Source of the DNA: Bacillota bacterium
GTDB taxonomy: Bacteria; Bacillota; Halanaerobiia; Halanaerobiales; Halarsenatibacteraceae
Direction: 5' to 3'
DNA length: 24,000 bases
Assembly: GCA_051745085.1 (NCBI GenBank)
Contig: JBNJDR010000003.1
Coordinates: 1 to 24,000 of the forward strand
Shown: positions 9,776-18,435 of the stretch, in pieces
Position numbering within the stretch: position 1 is the stretch's first letter
Layout: each line of letters begins with the position of its first letter
Notes under the pieces: generated by a model
Seen by the model: only the letters and a program-made list of their open reading frames with translations
The model's database searches: none
Told to the model about the DNA's origin: nothing
Position numbers and translations under genes: made by a program

Positions 9776-10702
9776 ATGAAAAAAATTATTACCGAAAGTA
9801 TAGTTAGAGAAAGCCTAAATAATTCCAAGTCTAAATATAAATATGGGAAAGTGGCCAGTTATATACCTGCTTTAGCTGAAGCGAAAGAAGATGAAGCTGC
9901 TGCTGTGGCTGTTACACCTAAGGGCAAAGTATATAGAGTAGGAGACTGGCAGGTTGGTTTTACCATTCAAAGCATATCTAAACCCTTAACTCTTGCACTA
10001 GCTATTCTCGATCTTGGTAGAGATGAAGTTTTTGCTAAAGTGGGGGTAGAACCTACCGGCGAAGAGTTTAATTCTATTAGTAAATTAATAGGGCATCCTA
10101 AACCCTATAATCCTATGGTTAATGCAGGTGCTATAACTATAACTTCTTTAATTAAAGGTAAAAATTTAGAAGAAAAGTTCACAAGAATATTGAACTTTTA
10201 TCGGAAGATTTGTTGTAATCCAAAGTTAGAGATAGATGAAGAGGTATTTTTATCAGAACAGCGAACCGGCCATAGGAATAGATCTTTAGCTTATTTTTTG
10301 AAAGATAATCGAATTATAGAGGGTAAAGTTGAAGATATATTGGATTTATATTTTTTACAGTGTTCTGTTAAGGTAAATACAGAAGATATTGCTCGAGCGG
10401 CATCAGTATTAGCATATGAGGGAGTTGATCCTTGCTCGGGAGATAGAATTATATCGGGAGATTTGGCTAAAATTATTCGTTCCATTATGTTCACTTGTGG
10501 TATGTATGAAAAATCAGGTGAATTTGCTATTGAAGTTGGAATACCTGCTAAGAGTGGTGTGGGGGGGGGCATCATGGCACCTGCGAAAAATTTACTAGGG
10601 TTAGGCGTATATGGTCCAGCTCTTGACAATACTGGAACTAGCGTCGTAGGGATGAATATATTAAAGGATTTATCCCTAAAATTAAATTTACATATGCTGT
10701 AA
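9776..10702 (+). CDS. glsA: Glutaminase A
   Basis: 308 aa. YIPALA, catalytic S-x-x-K (QSISKP), NAGAI and KSGVGGG motifs of the serine-dependent glutaminase family. Confidence 0.93.
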   Translation: MKKIITESIVRESLNNSKSKYKYGKVASYIPALAEAKEDEAAAVAVTPKGKVYRVGDWQVGFTIQSISKPLTLALAILDLGRDEVFAKVGVEPTGEEFNSISKLIGHPKPYNPMVNAGAITITSLIKGKNLEEKFTRILNFYRKICCNPKLEIDEEVFLSEQRTGHRNRSLAYFLKDNRIIEGKVEDILDLYFLQCSVKVNTEDIARAASVLAYEGVDPCSGDRIISGDLAKIIRSIMFTCGMYEKSGEFAIEVGIPAKSGVGGGIMAPAKNLLGLGVYGPALDNTGTSVVGMNILKDLSLKLNLHML

Positions 10703-10718
10703 GGCGGAGTTGATATTG

Positions 10719-11867
10719 ATGTTGAGAAAAGTTAGGATTGCTGTGATTTTGATTGGAATAATAGTTTTTCTTTCTGGATGCAGCCAGGTAAGCAGGGAAA
10801 CAATAATTAACAATTCTCAATCGTTTACAAACGATAATATATCGTCTAATTTGCTTGATGATATTGCTGATAAAGATTCAATTGTAGTGGGGCAATTTCA
10901 TGGTCTTAAAGAACATCAAGAATTTTTAGCTAATTTAGTAATTAAAAGCCATCAAGAAATAGGCCTAAAGCAGGTAATGGTTGAAAGTCCGCATGCTTTT
11001 AGTTGGATATTTAACGGTTATGGTCAAGGAGAATTAGATAATGATCTTTTTGTTCAAGAAATTATATATAAGTGGCCAGTATTTTTAAATAGAATTCGAG
11101 AGTATAATTTATCTCAAGAATCCGAGAATAGAATTGCAGTAAGAACAGGTGATGCTAATTTCCATCAGGATCAATTTATTAGTTCAATCCAATATCTGCG
11201 CCAACATCTACCTGAACGTGATACTATAAATAGATTATTAAATAATATTATTACTGCTGAAGATAGAGAAGATGTTTTAGAAGAATTTAAAGAACATTTA
11301 ACTGTTGATAAAGCTAATTATAGAGATTATTGGGGGCCGGGATGGAATAAAACATTAATTGAAATGATCGAAATTGAATTAACCAGTCTGGAGATAAGAA
11401 ATTTATGGAATGATAATTATCCTGATGCTCATAATATGCGAGAAAATATTTTAAAAGATATTGCCGAAAAGCAATTAACAGAAAGAGGTCAGACAATATT
11501 TAATTTCAGTTTCTATCATGCCCAAAAACAACATCAGATAGGAACACGTAAAGAATGGCTTGCAGGATTTTTAGAAAAAAATTACTCTCATTATAGCCTT
11601 TTAGCGGTTCCCATTTCAGGAGAGATTAAAGATGAAAATGGTGGCTATAAAGAAGTAGATCTTTTAACAGGTAATAATAGGGGAGAATTATTTAGAAGAA
11701 CTGCAGAGATTGTTGGTTCAGATTCCAATATTTATTTAAGTCTTGCAGACCCTGAATTTCAAAAAGGTAAGGCATTAATGGATCTTCACTTTCAAAAAAT
11801 AGAAGGGATACCAAATGAAATTTTTGACGGTATAATATTATTTCCTGAAGTAACCTTATTAAAATAG
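10719..11867 (+). CDS. Lipoprotein of unknown function; weak erythromycin-esterase/ChaN/Tiki-superfamily-like motifs
   Basis: The ATG at 10719 lies 9 nt after AAGGCGGAG, while the track TTG at 10710 abuts the RBS. Signal peptide with lipobox (IIVFLSGC). Motifs VVGQFHGLKEH...VMVESPHA and MRENILKDI...FNFSFYHAQKQH resemble the GxxH/E/R/H pattern of that superfamily. The assignment is from memory and unverified. Confidence 0.8.
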   Translation: MLRKVRIAVILIGIIVFLSGCSQVSRETIINNSQSFTNDNISSNLLDDIADKDSIVVGQFHGLKEHQEFLANLVIKSHQEIGLKQVMVESPHAFSWIFNGYGQGELDNDLFVQEIIYKWPVFLNRIREYNLSQESENRIAVRTGDANFHQDQFISSIQYLRQHLPERDTINRLLNNIITAEDREDVLEEFKEHLTVDKANYRDYWGPGWNKTLIEMIEIELTSLEIRNLWNDNYPDAHNMRENILKDIAEKQLTERGQTIFNFSFYHAQKQHQIGTRKEWLAGFLEKNYSHYSLLAVPISGEIKDENGGYKEVDLLTGNNRGELFRRTAEIVGSDSNIYLSLADPEFQKGKALMDLHFQKIEGIPNEIFDGIILFPEVTLLK

Positions 11868-11888
11868 GAAGAGGGGGTTTGGATAACG

Positions 11889-12125
11889 ATGGCTTCTAAA
11901 GAGGAATATGTTAAGATTTTAGATTTAGAAAATGAGTTTGAAGCTGGAATTATTAGGTCAGAGTTGGATAAAAGAAACATACCTTTTGTAATTGAGAGTT
12001 TTAATGATATTAGCTTTAATGGTGTTTACCAATTCCAGCACGGTTGGGGTGTTTTAAAAGCCCCAGAAGAATATTCTCAGAAAATATTAGAAATTCACAA
12101 AGATTTAAGTGAAAATGAAGAATAA
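11889..12125 (+). CDS. Small (78 aa) acidic protein, DUF2007-like (putative signal-transducing fold)
   Basis: ATG after GAGGGGG. The pattern VKILDLENEFEAGIIRSELDKRNIPFVIES resembles DUF2007 (beta-alpha-beta, as in PII-like small domains). No Cys, so it is not a YlyA/DksA-type zinc finger. Confidence 0.6.
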   Translation: MASKEEYVKILDLENEFEAGIIRSELDKRNIPFVIESFNDISFNGVYQFQHGWGVLKAPEEYSQKILEIHKDLSENEE

Positions 12126-12576
12126 GTATTCAGCTTTTTTATTTAATTCAGGTTTTTTCCTTATGCTATTATTGATAGATCAGATGAGTAAGTATTATAT
12201 AATCAATAATTTTGCTCCTGGCCAGACAAATGCAATAATTAAAGGTATCTTTCATTTTACTTATATTAAAAACCCTGGTCTAGCCTTAGGGATATTTTCT
12301 GGTAAGTTCGGTCTTATTTTAGGATTACAGGCCTTAGTTTTGGTAGTTTTATATATAATAAAAAAACTATATTTTAGTTCAAATATCATTATCAATTTTT
12401 CTTTTATATTGATTTATAGTGGAGCTGTTGGAAATATTATTGACAGGTTGGTCCATGGTTTTGTAGTTGATTTTATTGATATTCAAGTTTGGCCAGTATT
12501 CAATCTTGCCGATTCATATATCGTTGTAGGAGTTATTGCCTTAATTTTATATTTGTATATTTATGAGGATGAGTAG
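12109..12576 (+). CDS. lspA: Lipoprotein signal peptidase (signal peptidase II)
   Basis: Four TM segments with catalytic Asp motifs (GAVGNIIDRL, FVVDFID, VFNLADS). The start is GTG at 12109 or ATG at 12115. It overlaps the preceding gene by 11-17 nt. Confidence 0.9.
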   Translation: MKMKNKYSAFLFNSGFFLMLLLIDQMSKYYIINNFAPGQTNAIIKGIFHFTYIKNPGLALGIFSGKFGLILGLQALVLVVLYIIKKLYFSSNIIINFSFILIYSGAVGNIIDRLVHGFVVDFIDIQVWPVFNLADSYIVVGVIALILYLYIYEDE

Positions 12577-12595
12577 TAAATAGGAGTGGTTATAT

Positions 12596-13510
12596 TTGCA
12601 GGAAGAAATTAAGCTTGAAGTTGATGAAAACAATATTCGAGTAGATAAGTATCTTGCTGATAAATTAAAATATTCTCGGAGCTATATTCAAAAACTTATA
12701 GATAAAAATTTGATACTAATAAATAAACAACCTGTTGAAAAGGCTGCTCATACTTTGAAAATAGGTCAAAAAATTAAAGTTATCGTTCCTGAACCAGAAC
12801 CTTCTGAGATTGAACCCCAGGAGCTTGACTTTTCTATTATTTATGAGGACGATGTAATGGCTATCATTAATAAGCCTTCTGGTATTCCCGTTCATCCTGC
12901 TCCATCTTATGATGGCCCAACTCTTGTTAGTGGTCTTTTATATCGTTTGAACAATTTATCAGGTATAGGGGGCAAAAAACGTCCTGGGATAGTACATAGG
13001 TTAGATAAGGATACTTCAGGTTTACTGGTGGTGGCTAAAAATAATCAAGCTCACCGTAGTTTATCCCGGCAATTTAAAGAACGAGAAGTACATAAAGTAT
13101 ACAGGGCTATAATAAAAGGAACTCCTGAACATTCTCGAGCTAAGATTGAAGCTCCTATAGGTCGAGATCCAAAAGATCGTAAAAAAATGGCAGTTGTTAA
13201 GCATAATAGTAAACAGGCGATATCAATTTATAAAGTCATTGATAAATATAAAGGATATTCTCAAGTAGAAGTCGAAATTCTTACTGGTCGCACGCATCAG
13301 ATTAGAGCTCATTTCGAATTTATTGGTCATCCTGTAATAGGCGATGATAAATATGGGGGTAAAGTAAACTTATCCATTCAAATTTCGAGACAAATGCTAC
13401 ATGCTTATCGGCTTAATATTATTCATCCAGTGGAGAATAATAGGATGGATTTCACTGCAGAATTACCTGAGGATTATAAAAAAGTAGTTGATTATCTAGA
13501 AAAAATTTGA
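12596..13510 (+). CDS. rluD: 23S rRNA pseudouridine synthase, RluA family (RluD-like)
   Basis: TTG start 6 nt after AGGAGTGG. N-terminal S4 domain (RVDKYLADKL), catalytic HRLDKDTSGLLVVAK and GRTHQIRAH. Confidence 0.93.
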   Translation: MQEEIKLEVDENNIRVDKYLADKLKYSRSYIQKLIDKNLILINKQPVEKAAHTLKIGQKIKVIVPEPEPSEIEPQELDFSIIYEDDVMAIINKPSGIPVHPAPSYDGPTLVSGLLYRLNNLSGIGGKKRPGIVHRLDKDTSGLLVVAKNNQAHRSLSRQFKEREVHKVYRAIIKGTPEHSRAKIEAPIGRDPKDRKKMAVVKHNSKQAISIYKVIDKYKGYSQVEVEILTGRTHQIRAHFEFIGHPVIGDDKYGGKVNLSIQISRQMLHAYRLNIIHPVENNRMDFTAELPEDYKKVVDYLEKI

Positions 13511-13535
13511 CTTTTATAAAATTCTAAGCTATAAT
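13507..13535 (+). promoter_or_regulatory. Near-consensus sigma-A promoter for the pyrP leader
   Basis: TTGACT (13507-13512), exactly 17 nt spacer, TATAAT (13530-13535). It overlaps the last codons of rluD. Confidence 0.65.
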
Positions 13536-13559
13536 GATTAAGATAAAAATAAATAGTGT

Positions 13560-13592
13560 CCCTTTAAATTGGCTCCGTGAGGCTGATAAGGG
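13560..13592 (+). promoter_or_regulatory. PyrR-binding (anti-antiterminator) hairpin of a pyr-type attenuator
   Basis: CCCUUUAAAUUGGCUCCGUGAGGCUGAUAAGGG. The lower stem is CCCUU/AAGGG and the upper stem is GGCU/GGCU(G.U,G-C,C-G,U.G) closing the hexaloop CCGUGA. It resembles the PyrR consensus ARUCCAGAGAGGYU flanked by CCUUUAA...AAGG, but the loop is diverged. Confidence 0.6.
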
Positions 13593-13647
13593 TATTTAAT
13601 ATTTTGACCAGTTATATGGATAAACTGAGTCAGATATGCCTTCTATC

Positions 13648-13672
13648 AGCCTTCTAAATCAGAAGGCTTTTT
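13648..13672 (+). terminator. Intrinsic terminator of the pyrP leader (attenuator)
   Basis: AGCCTTCT (13648-13655), loop AAATC, AGAAGGCT (13661-13668), then TTTT. The alternative antiterminator pairs GGCTGATA (13581-13588, the 3' half of the PyrR hairpin) with TATCAGCC (13644-13651, overlapping the terminator 5' arm). Confidence 0.75.
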
Positions 13673-13693
13673 ATATTTCAAGGAGGTAAAAAA

Positions 13694-14992
13694 ATGAAAA
13701 TTAGCTTACAAGAAAATGTGAAAGACTTACAGGAAAAAGGATTATTTAATCATCGGTTTTTGATCTTAGCAGTGCAGCATTTATTTGCGATGTTTGGCGC
13801 TACAATTTTAGTGCCAGCTTTAACTGGTTTAAATCCTTCAATAGCTCTTTTTACATCTGGTTTAGGAACTTTACTATTTCATGTGATAACTCAAGGGAAA
13901 GTTCCAGCATATTTAGGTTCTTCATTTGCTTTTATTGCTCCTATTATTGCAGCAAGCGATAGCTTTGGTCCAGGTGGAGCTATGCTGGGAATAGTAGTTG
14001 TGGGTATAATTTATATTATAATAGCTGCTATAGTTAAAGTAGTAGGAGTAGAGTTTATTAGTAGACTCTTACCTCCAGTAGTAGTAGGTCCAGTTATTAT
14101 CACGATTGGGTTAGGGCTTGCTCCTGTTGCAAAAGATATGGCTGAAGAACATATATTAACTGCGTTTATAACTTTAGCACTAACAGTGTTTTTAACCTTA
14201 AAAGGCAAAGGTATCTTAAAGATAATTCCAATTTTTGTAGGAATAATTGGGGGTTATATCTTTGCTTTTAGTATTGGTTTGGTTGATTTGACTCCGGTCC
14301 AGGAAGCAGCCTGGCTTAGTTTGCCGCAATTTACAATGCCAACATTTACAGGTAATTTTGGAGCCATCACACTTCTTGCTCCAATAGCTTTAGTTACTGT
14401 GGTAGAGCACTTAGGTGACGTTTTGGCCTTAGGGAAAACGGTTGGGCGGGATTATATTGAAGAACCTGGTCTCCACAGAACATTATTAGGAGACGGTATA
14501 GCCACCATGTTAGCGGGTTTCTTTGGGGGACCACCCAATACCACTTATGGTGAAAATATCGGGGTACTTGCTCTCACAGGAGTTCATAATCCTATAATTA
14601 TTCAAGGGGCTGCCGGATTGGTATTAACTATCAGCTTTATTGGAAAGTTTGGAGCAGTTATTCAGACTATACCAGCAGCTGTTATGGGAGGTATCGTTTT
14701 CCTCTTATTCGGAATGATAGCTTCAGTAGGTTTAAGAACATTATTAGAGAATGAAGTTGATTTACAAAATAAAAGAAATTTAATAATAATTTCTGTAGTC
14801 CTTGTAGCTGGTCTAAGTAATTTAACAATAGCTCCTGCGGGCATGGAATTTAGCGGGATGGGCTTAGCAGCACTGGTTGGTATTATCCTAAATCTTGTTC
14901 TCCCTCAGGATAGTTTTAATAAAGAAGTTGCGGCGAAAGTGAATTCAAATGATAAAAAAATAAAAAATAAAGTAGGTCTGGAAAATAATTAA
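13694..14992 (+). CDS. pyrP: Uracil permease (NCS2/uracil-xanthine permease family)
   Basis: 432 aa polytopic protein with NCS2 motifs (QHLFAMFGATILVP, TTYGENIGVLALTG). AGGAGG RBS. Preceded by the PyrR-type attenuator. Confidence 0.9.
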   Translation: MKISLQENVKDLQEKGLFNHRFLILAVQHLFAMFGATILVPALTGLNPSIALFTSGLGTLLFHVITQGKVPAYLGSSFAFIAPIIAASDSFGPGGAMLGIVVVGIIYIIIAAIVKVVGVEFISRLLPPVVVGPVIITIGLGLAPVAKDMAEEHILTAFITLALTVFLTLKGKGILKIIPIFVGIIGGYIFAFSIGLVDLTPVQEAAWLSLPQFTMPTFTGNFGAITLLAPIALVTVVEHLGDVLALGKTVGRDYIEEPGLHRTLLGDGIATMLAGFFGGPPNTTYGENIGVLALTGVHNPIIIQGAAGLVLTISFIGKFGAVIQTIPAAVMGGIVFLLFGMIASVGLRTLLENEVDLQNKRNLIIISVVLVAGLSNLTIAPAGMEFSGMGLAALVGIILNLVLPQDSFNKEVAAKVNSNDKKIKNKVGLENN

Positions 14993-15015
14993 ATGTTAAT
15001 TAGACTTATAATTCG

Positions 15016-15048
15016 CCTGGTAGATTATTAATCTGCCAGGTCTTTTTT
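15016..15048 (+). terminator. Intrinsic terminator after pyrP
   Basis: CCTGGTAGA (15016-15024) pairs with TCTGCCAGG (15032-15040, one G.U pair), followed by TC and a T6 run (15043-15048). Confidence 0.75.
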
Positions 15049-15129
15049 ATTTAAATGCAGGTCTAAAGGCTTGATATCTAGAATATAATGTATGAAGTAA
15101 AAGATGCAAAGTAGAAGGGGGTAAATTAG

Positions 15130-16569
15130 TTGGAAAAGAAATTAAAAGACTTGATTGATTATGCTTTAGACCAGGGTGTTGACTATGTTGATGTAAGATA
15201 TATTGATAGAAGAGACCAAATTATTAAGACAGAAGATAATAGGCTGCAGGATTTTGAAGATAGCACAGAAACAGGTGCAGGGATTAGAGTGTTAGTAGAT
15301 GGGGCTCAAGGCTTTGCTGCTACTTCTGATTTAGACCAGCTGGAGCAAACGGTTTTAAAAGCAATATCTGTAGCCCAGGCAAGCAAAAAAGTGAATAATA
15401 AATCAGTAAAATTTGCTGAAAAAGAAGTTATAGATGATAGTTATGCTACTCATATTGAGGAAGATCCTTTTTCAGTGCCTGTACAGAAAAAGATTGATCT
15501 TCTCTTACAAGCCGAAAAGAAGATGAAGGAGACTGAAGAATTATTTCAGACTAGTGGATCCCTGTCATTTCGGCAGGAAAAAAAGATTTATACAGATTCT
15601 GAAGGAAGTTATCTAGTTCAGAAATTTTATGAGTCTGGAGGGGGAATTACTGCTAAAGCTATTGGTGATGGAGAACTCCAGATAAGGAGCTATCCCTGCG
15701 CATTTGGAGGGAATTATAGCAAAGCAGGTTATGAATTCATAAGAGAAATGGACTTGGTAAACCAGGCTAAAAAAATAGCAGAAGAAGTGGTGACAGTTAG
15801 CAAAGCAGAGGAAATACCTGCCGGGGAATATGATTTAGTTATAGATAGTTCTCAAATGACTTTGCAAATTCATGAAAGTATCGGTCATCCTATTGAATTA
15901 GATAGAATTTTTGGGGCTGAAGCTGCTTTTGCTGGGACTAGTTTTTTAGATCCAGAGATGCTTGATGAATTTCAATATGCATCTAACCAGGTAAATGTGG
16001 TTGCTGATGCTACCAAAGCAGGATGCCTGGGGACTTTTGCTTATGATGACGAAGGGGTGCCAGCTCAAAGAGTAGAAATTATAAAAGATGGTATCTTAAA
16101 AAACTTTTTAACTTCTCGAGACACCGCTTATAAATTGGGTGAGAAATCGGGTGGAGCAGCACTTGCAGATAATTGGGATAAACTTCCTATTATTAGGATG
16201 ACTAATATAAATCTTTTACCTGGCGAGCATAGTCTGGATGAATTAATATCTGAGGTGGATTATGGTTTTTATTTAAAGAATAATCGAAGTTGGAGTATTG
16301 ATGATCTAAGATTAAACTTTCAATTTGGTTGTGAAATAGCTTATGAAATTAAAAACGGAGAATTGACAGGAAAAGTATTTAAGAATCCAGTTTATTCTGG
16401 CAGCACACCAGAATTTTGGAATAGTTGTGATGGTATAGCCAATCAGGATCACTGGAAATCTTATGGTGTCCCTAATTGTGGAAAAGGTGAGCCCATGCAA
16501 ATTGGCCATGTAGGTCATGGTTCAGCCCCAGCAAGATTCCGTCAGGTACAGGTAGGAGTTGATGAATAA
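15130..16569 (+). CDS. tldD: TldD family zinc metalloprotease (peptidase U62)
   Basis: TTG start after AGAAGGGGG. 479 aa. HExxxH motif in IHESIGHPIELDR and the conserved C-terminal GxC...GHVGHGSAP region. Confidence 0.93.
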   Translation: MEKKLKDLIDYALDQGVDYVDVRYIDRRDQIIKTEDNRLQDFEDSTETGAGIRVLVDGAQGFAATSDLDQLEQTVLKAISVAQASKKVNNKSVKFAEKEVIDDSYATHIEEDPFSVPVQKKIDLLLQAEKKMKETEELFQTSGSLSFRQEKKIYTDSEGSYLVQKFYESGGGITAKAIGDGELQIRSYPCAFGGNYSKAGYEFIREMDLVNQAKKIAEEVVTVSKAEEIPAGEYDLVIDSSQMTLQIHESIGHPIELDRIFGAEAAFAGTSFLDPEMLDEFQYASNQVNVVADATKAGCLGTFAYDDEGVPAQRVEIIKDGILKNFLTSRDTAYKLGEKSGGAALADNWDKLPIIRMTNINLLPGEHSLDELISEVDYGFYLKNNRSWSIDDLRLNFQFGCEIAYEIKNGELTGKVFKNPVYSGSTPEFWNSCDGIANQDHWKSYGVPNCGKGEPMQIGHVGHGSAPARFRQVQVGVDE

Positions 16570-17900
16570 TGTTAAATAAAAGTGCAGCATATATGGTGAT
16601 AGATAGAATTTTAAGTACAGCTGGAAGTATAGATATGCAAGTTACTCTAAAGGGAAGTAATAGTGGCTTGACTCGCTTTGCTTCTTCAGAAATTCATCAA
16701 AATGTAACCAGTGAAAATTTAGAAGCAGAATTATTATTAAAAAAAGATAAGAAAGAGGTTAAAGTTACCACAAATAAATTTTCCAGTACTAATTTACGCA
16801 ATATAATCCAGAAAGCAATTGAATTATTACAGTCTATTCCAGAGAGAAATAGTTCTCTGACTTTTATTGATAAGCCTTCTGATATAAGCCATGAAAACGA
16901 TTATTCTGACCTGGCCGAGGAATTTAATATTAAACGGCGAGCCGAAAGGATCGGGGAGGGGATAAGGAAAATTAGTCCTGATCTGAATGTTGCAGGCAGT
17001 TTGGCTTTAAACCAGGGATTTATTGCGATTGGAAATACTAATAATATCACTAGATATGTACGAACTGATAAAGTTGAATTTTCTACAGTTGTAACCGAAA
17101 AAAGTGGTAGTACTGGTTATGCAGCCAGAATCTCCGATAATTTAAGAGATTTAGATATTGATAATGCTTTTAAAAAAGCTGCTAATAAAGCTGTTTCAGG
17201 GAGAAATCCTAAAGAAGTAAAGCCAGGAGTGTATACGGTAATTTTAGAACCAGCTGCAGTTGGTAACATAATTAGTTATTTAGCTTATATAGGATTTAGT
17301 GGTCGTTCTGTGCAGGAAGGGATGAGCTTTTTAACTGATAGATTAGGAGAACAAGTTTTTGGTGAAAATATTACAATTAGAGATGATTGTAATAATGCCG
17401 ATACTATGGATTTACCTTTTGATCTAGAAGGAGCAAAAAGACAACCACTTGATATAATAATTAATGGAGTTGCCCGCGATCTTGCTTATGATATTAGAAG
17501 TGCTCAAAAGGATGATCGAGAAACTACAGGACATTCTGTTGGTCAACCAGAAGTAGGAGGATTTCCGCTACATTTGGTGATGGAACCGGGAAGTAATAGT
17601 CTTGATAAAATGCTTGTTGAGGCCGAAGATGCTATCCATATTACCAAATTTCATTATGTCAATGTAGTTAATCCAAGAAAAGCAGTATTAACAGGTCTGA
17701 CAAAAGACGGTACTTTTATAATTAATAAAGATAATCGCACTCCGATTAAGAATATGCGTTTTACTCAAAGTATGCTTGAAAGTTTAAATAAAGTATCATC
17801 CATTAGTAAGGAACGAGAAAAAGTAGCAGGGTTTAACGGTTTTATGTATCTGCCAGCTTTGAAAATAGAAGACTTTAAATTTACAGGTATAAGCAAATAG
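16569..17900 (+). CDS. pmbA: PmbA/TldE family protein (partner subunit of TldD)
   Basis: The ATG overlaps the tldD TAA by 1 nt (TAATG). 443 aa, same U62 fold without the HExxxH motif. C-terminal FHYVNVVNP...GLTKDGTF is typical of the family. Confidence 0.9.
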   Translation: MLNKSAAYMVIDRILSTAGSIDMQVTLKGSNSGLTRFASSEIHQNVTSENLEAELLLKKDKKEVKVTTNKFSSTNLRNIIQKAIELLQSIPERNSSLTFIDKPSDISHENDYSDLAEEFNIKRRAERIGEGIRKISPDLNVAGSLALNQGFIAIGNTNNITRYVRTDKVEFSTVVTEKSGSTGYAARISDNLRDLDIDNAFKKAANKAVSGRNPKEVKPGVYTVILEPAAVGNIISYLAYIGFSGRSVQEGMSFLTDRLGEQVFGENITIRDDCNNADTMDLPFDLEGAKRQPLDIIINGVARDLAYDIRSAQKDDRETTGHSVGQPEVGGFPLHLVMEPGSNSLDKMLVEAEDAIHITKFHYVNVVNPRKAVLTGLTKDGTFIINKDNRTPIKNMRFTQSMLESLNKVSSISKEREKVAGFNGFMYLPALKIEDFKFTGISK

Positions 17901-17913
17901 GAGGTTATTAATA

Positions 17914-18426
17914 ATGGATTTTTCAAAATTGGTTTTTAAAAGAAGAAGCAAAAGAAGCTATACAGATAAAATGGTAGAGGCGGAAAAAATAGAAAAACTC
18001 TTAAGGGCAGCGATGGCTGCACCTTCTGCTGGGAATGAACAACCATGGCATTTTATAATCTGCAAAGATAGAGATAAATTGAAAAGAATAACTGAGTATC
18101 ATGGATATGCCTCTATGCTTAATGAAGCTCCTCTAGCTATAGTGGTGACAGCTGATTTGAACTTGAATAAGTATGAAGGTTTTTGGGTGCAGGACTGTGC
18201 AGCTGCTGTACAGAACTTGTTGTTGATGGCTGAAAATTTGGATTTAGGGGCTTGTTGGCTTGGAGTTTATCCAGATGAAATGAGAGTAAAAAATACTAAA
18301 GATTTGTTTGAATTACCTGAGTCAGTTCAACCATTAGCAATTATTTCTGTGGGGTATCCTGCCAGAGAAAGCAAAGTCTTAGATCGCTATAAACCTGAGC
18401 GGGTTCACCAGGAAGTCTGGGAGTAG
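17914..18426 (+). CDS. Small nitroreductase-family flavoprotein
   Basis: 170 aa. RRSKRSY...AAPSAGNEQPWHFII FMN-binding N-terminal motif. AGGAGG RBS. Starts 13 nt after pmbA. Confidence 0.9.
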   Translation: MDFSKLVFKRRSKRSYTDKMVEAEKIEKLLRAAMAAPSAGNEQPWHFIICKDRDKLKRITEYHGYASMLNEAPLAIVVTADLNLNKYEGFWVQDCAAAVQNLLLMAENLDLGACWLGVYPDEMRVKNTKDLFELPESVQPLAIISVGYPARESKVLDRYKPERVHQEVWE

Positions 18427-18435
18427 GGAGGAAAG

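Noticed and set aside
15071-15089. TTGATA and TATAAT hexamers upstream of tldD as its promoter
   Set aside because: The two hexamers are only 7 nt apart, so they cannot act as a -35/-10 pair. No properly spaced partner was found for either, and the tldD promoter remains unassigned.
15130-18426. TldD/PmbA plus a nitroreductase-fold protein as a microcin B17-like (thiazole/oxazole RiPP) maturation locus
   Set aside because: There is no YcaO/cyclodehydratase gene, no Cys/Ser/Gly-rich precursor ORF and no export or immunity gene nearby. The only mini-ORFs in the upstream gap (12 codons at 14993, 8 codons at 15089) lack an RBS and any plausible core peptide.
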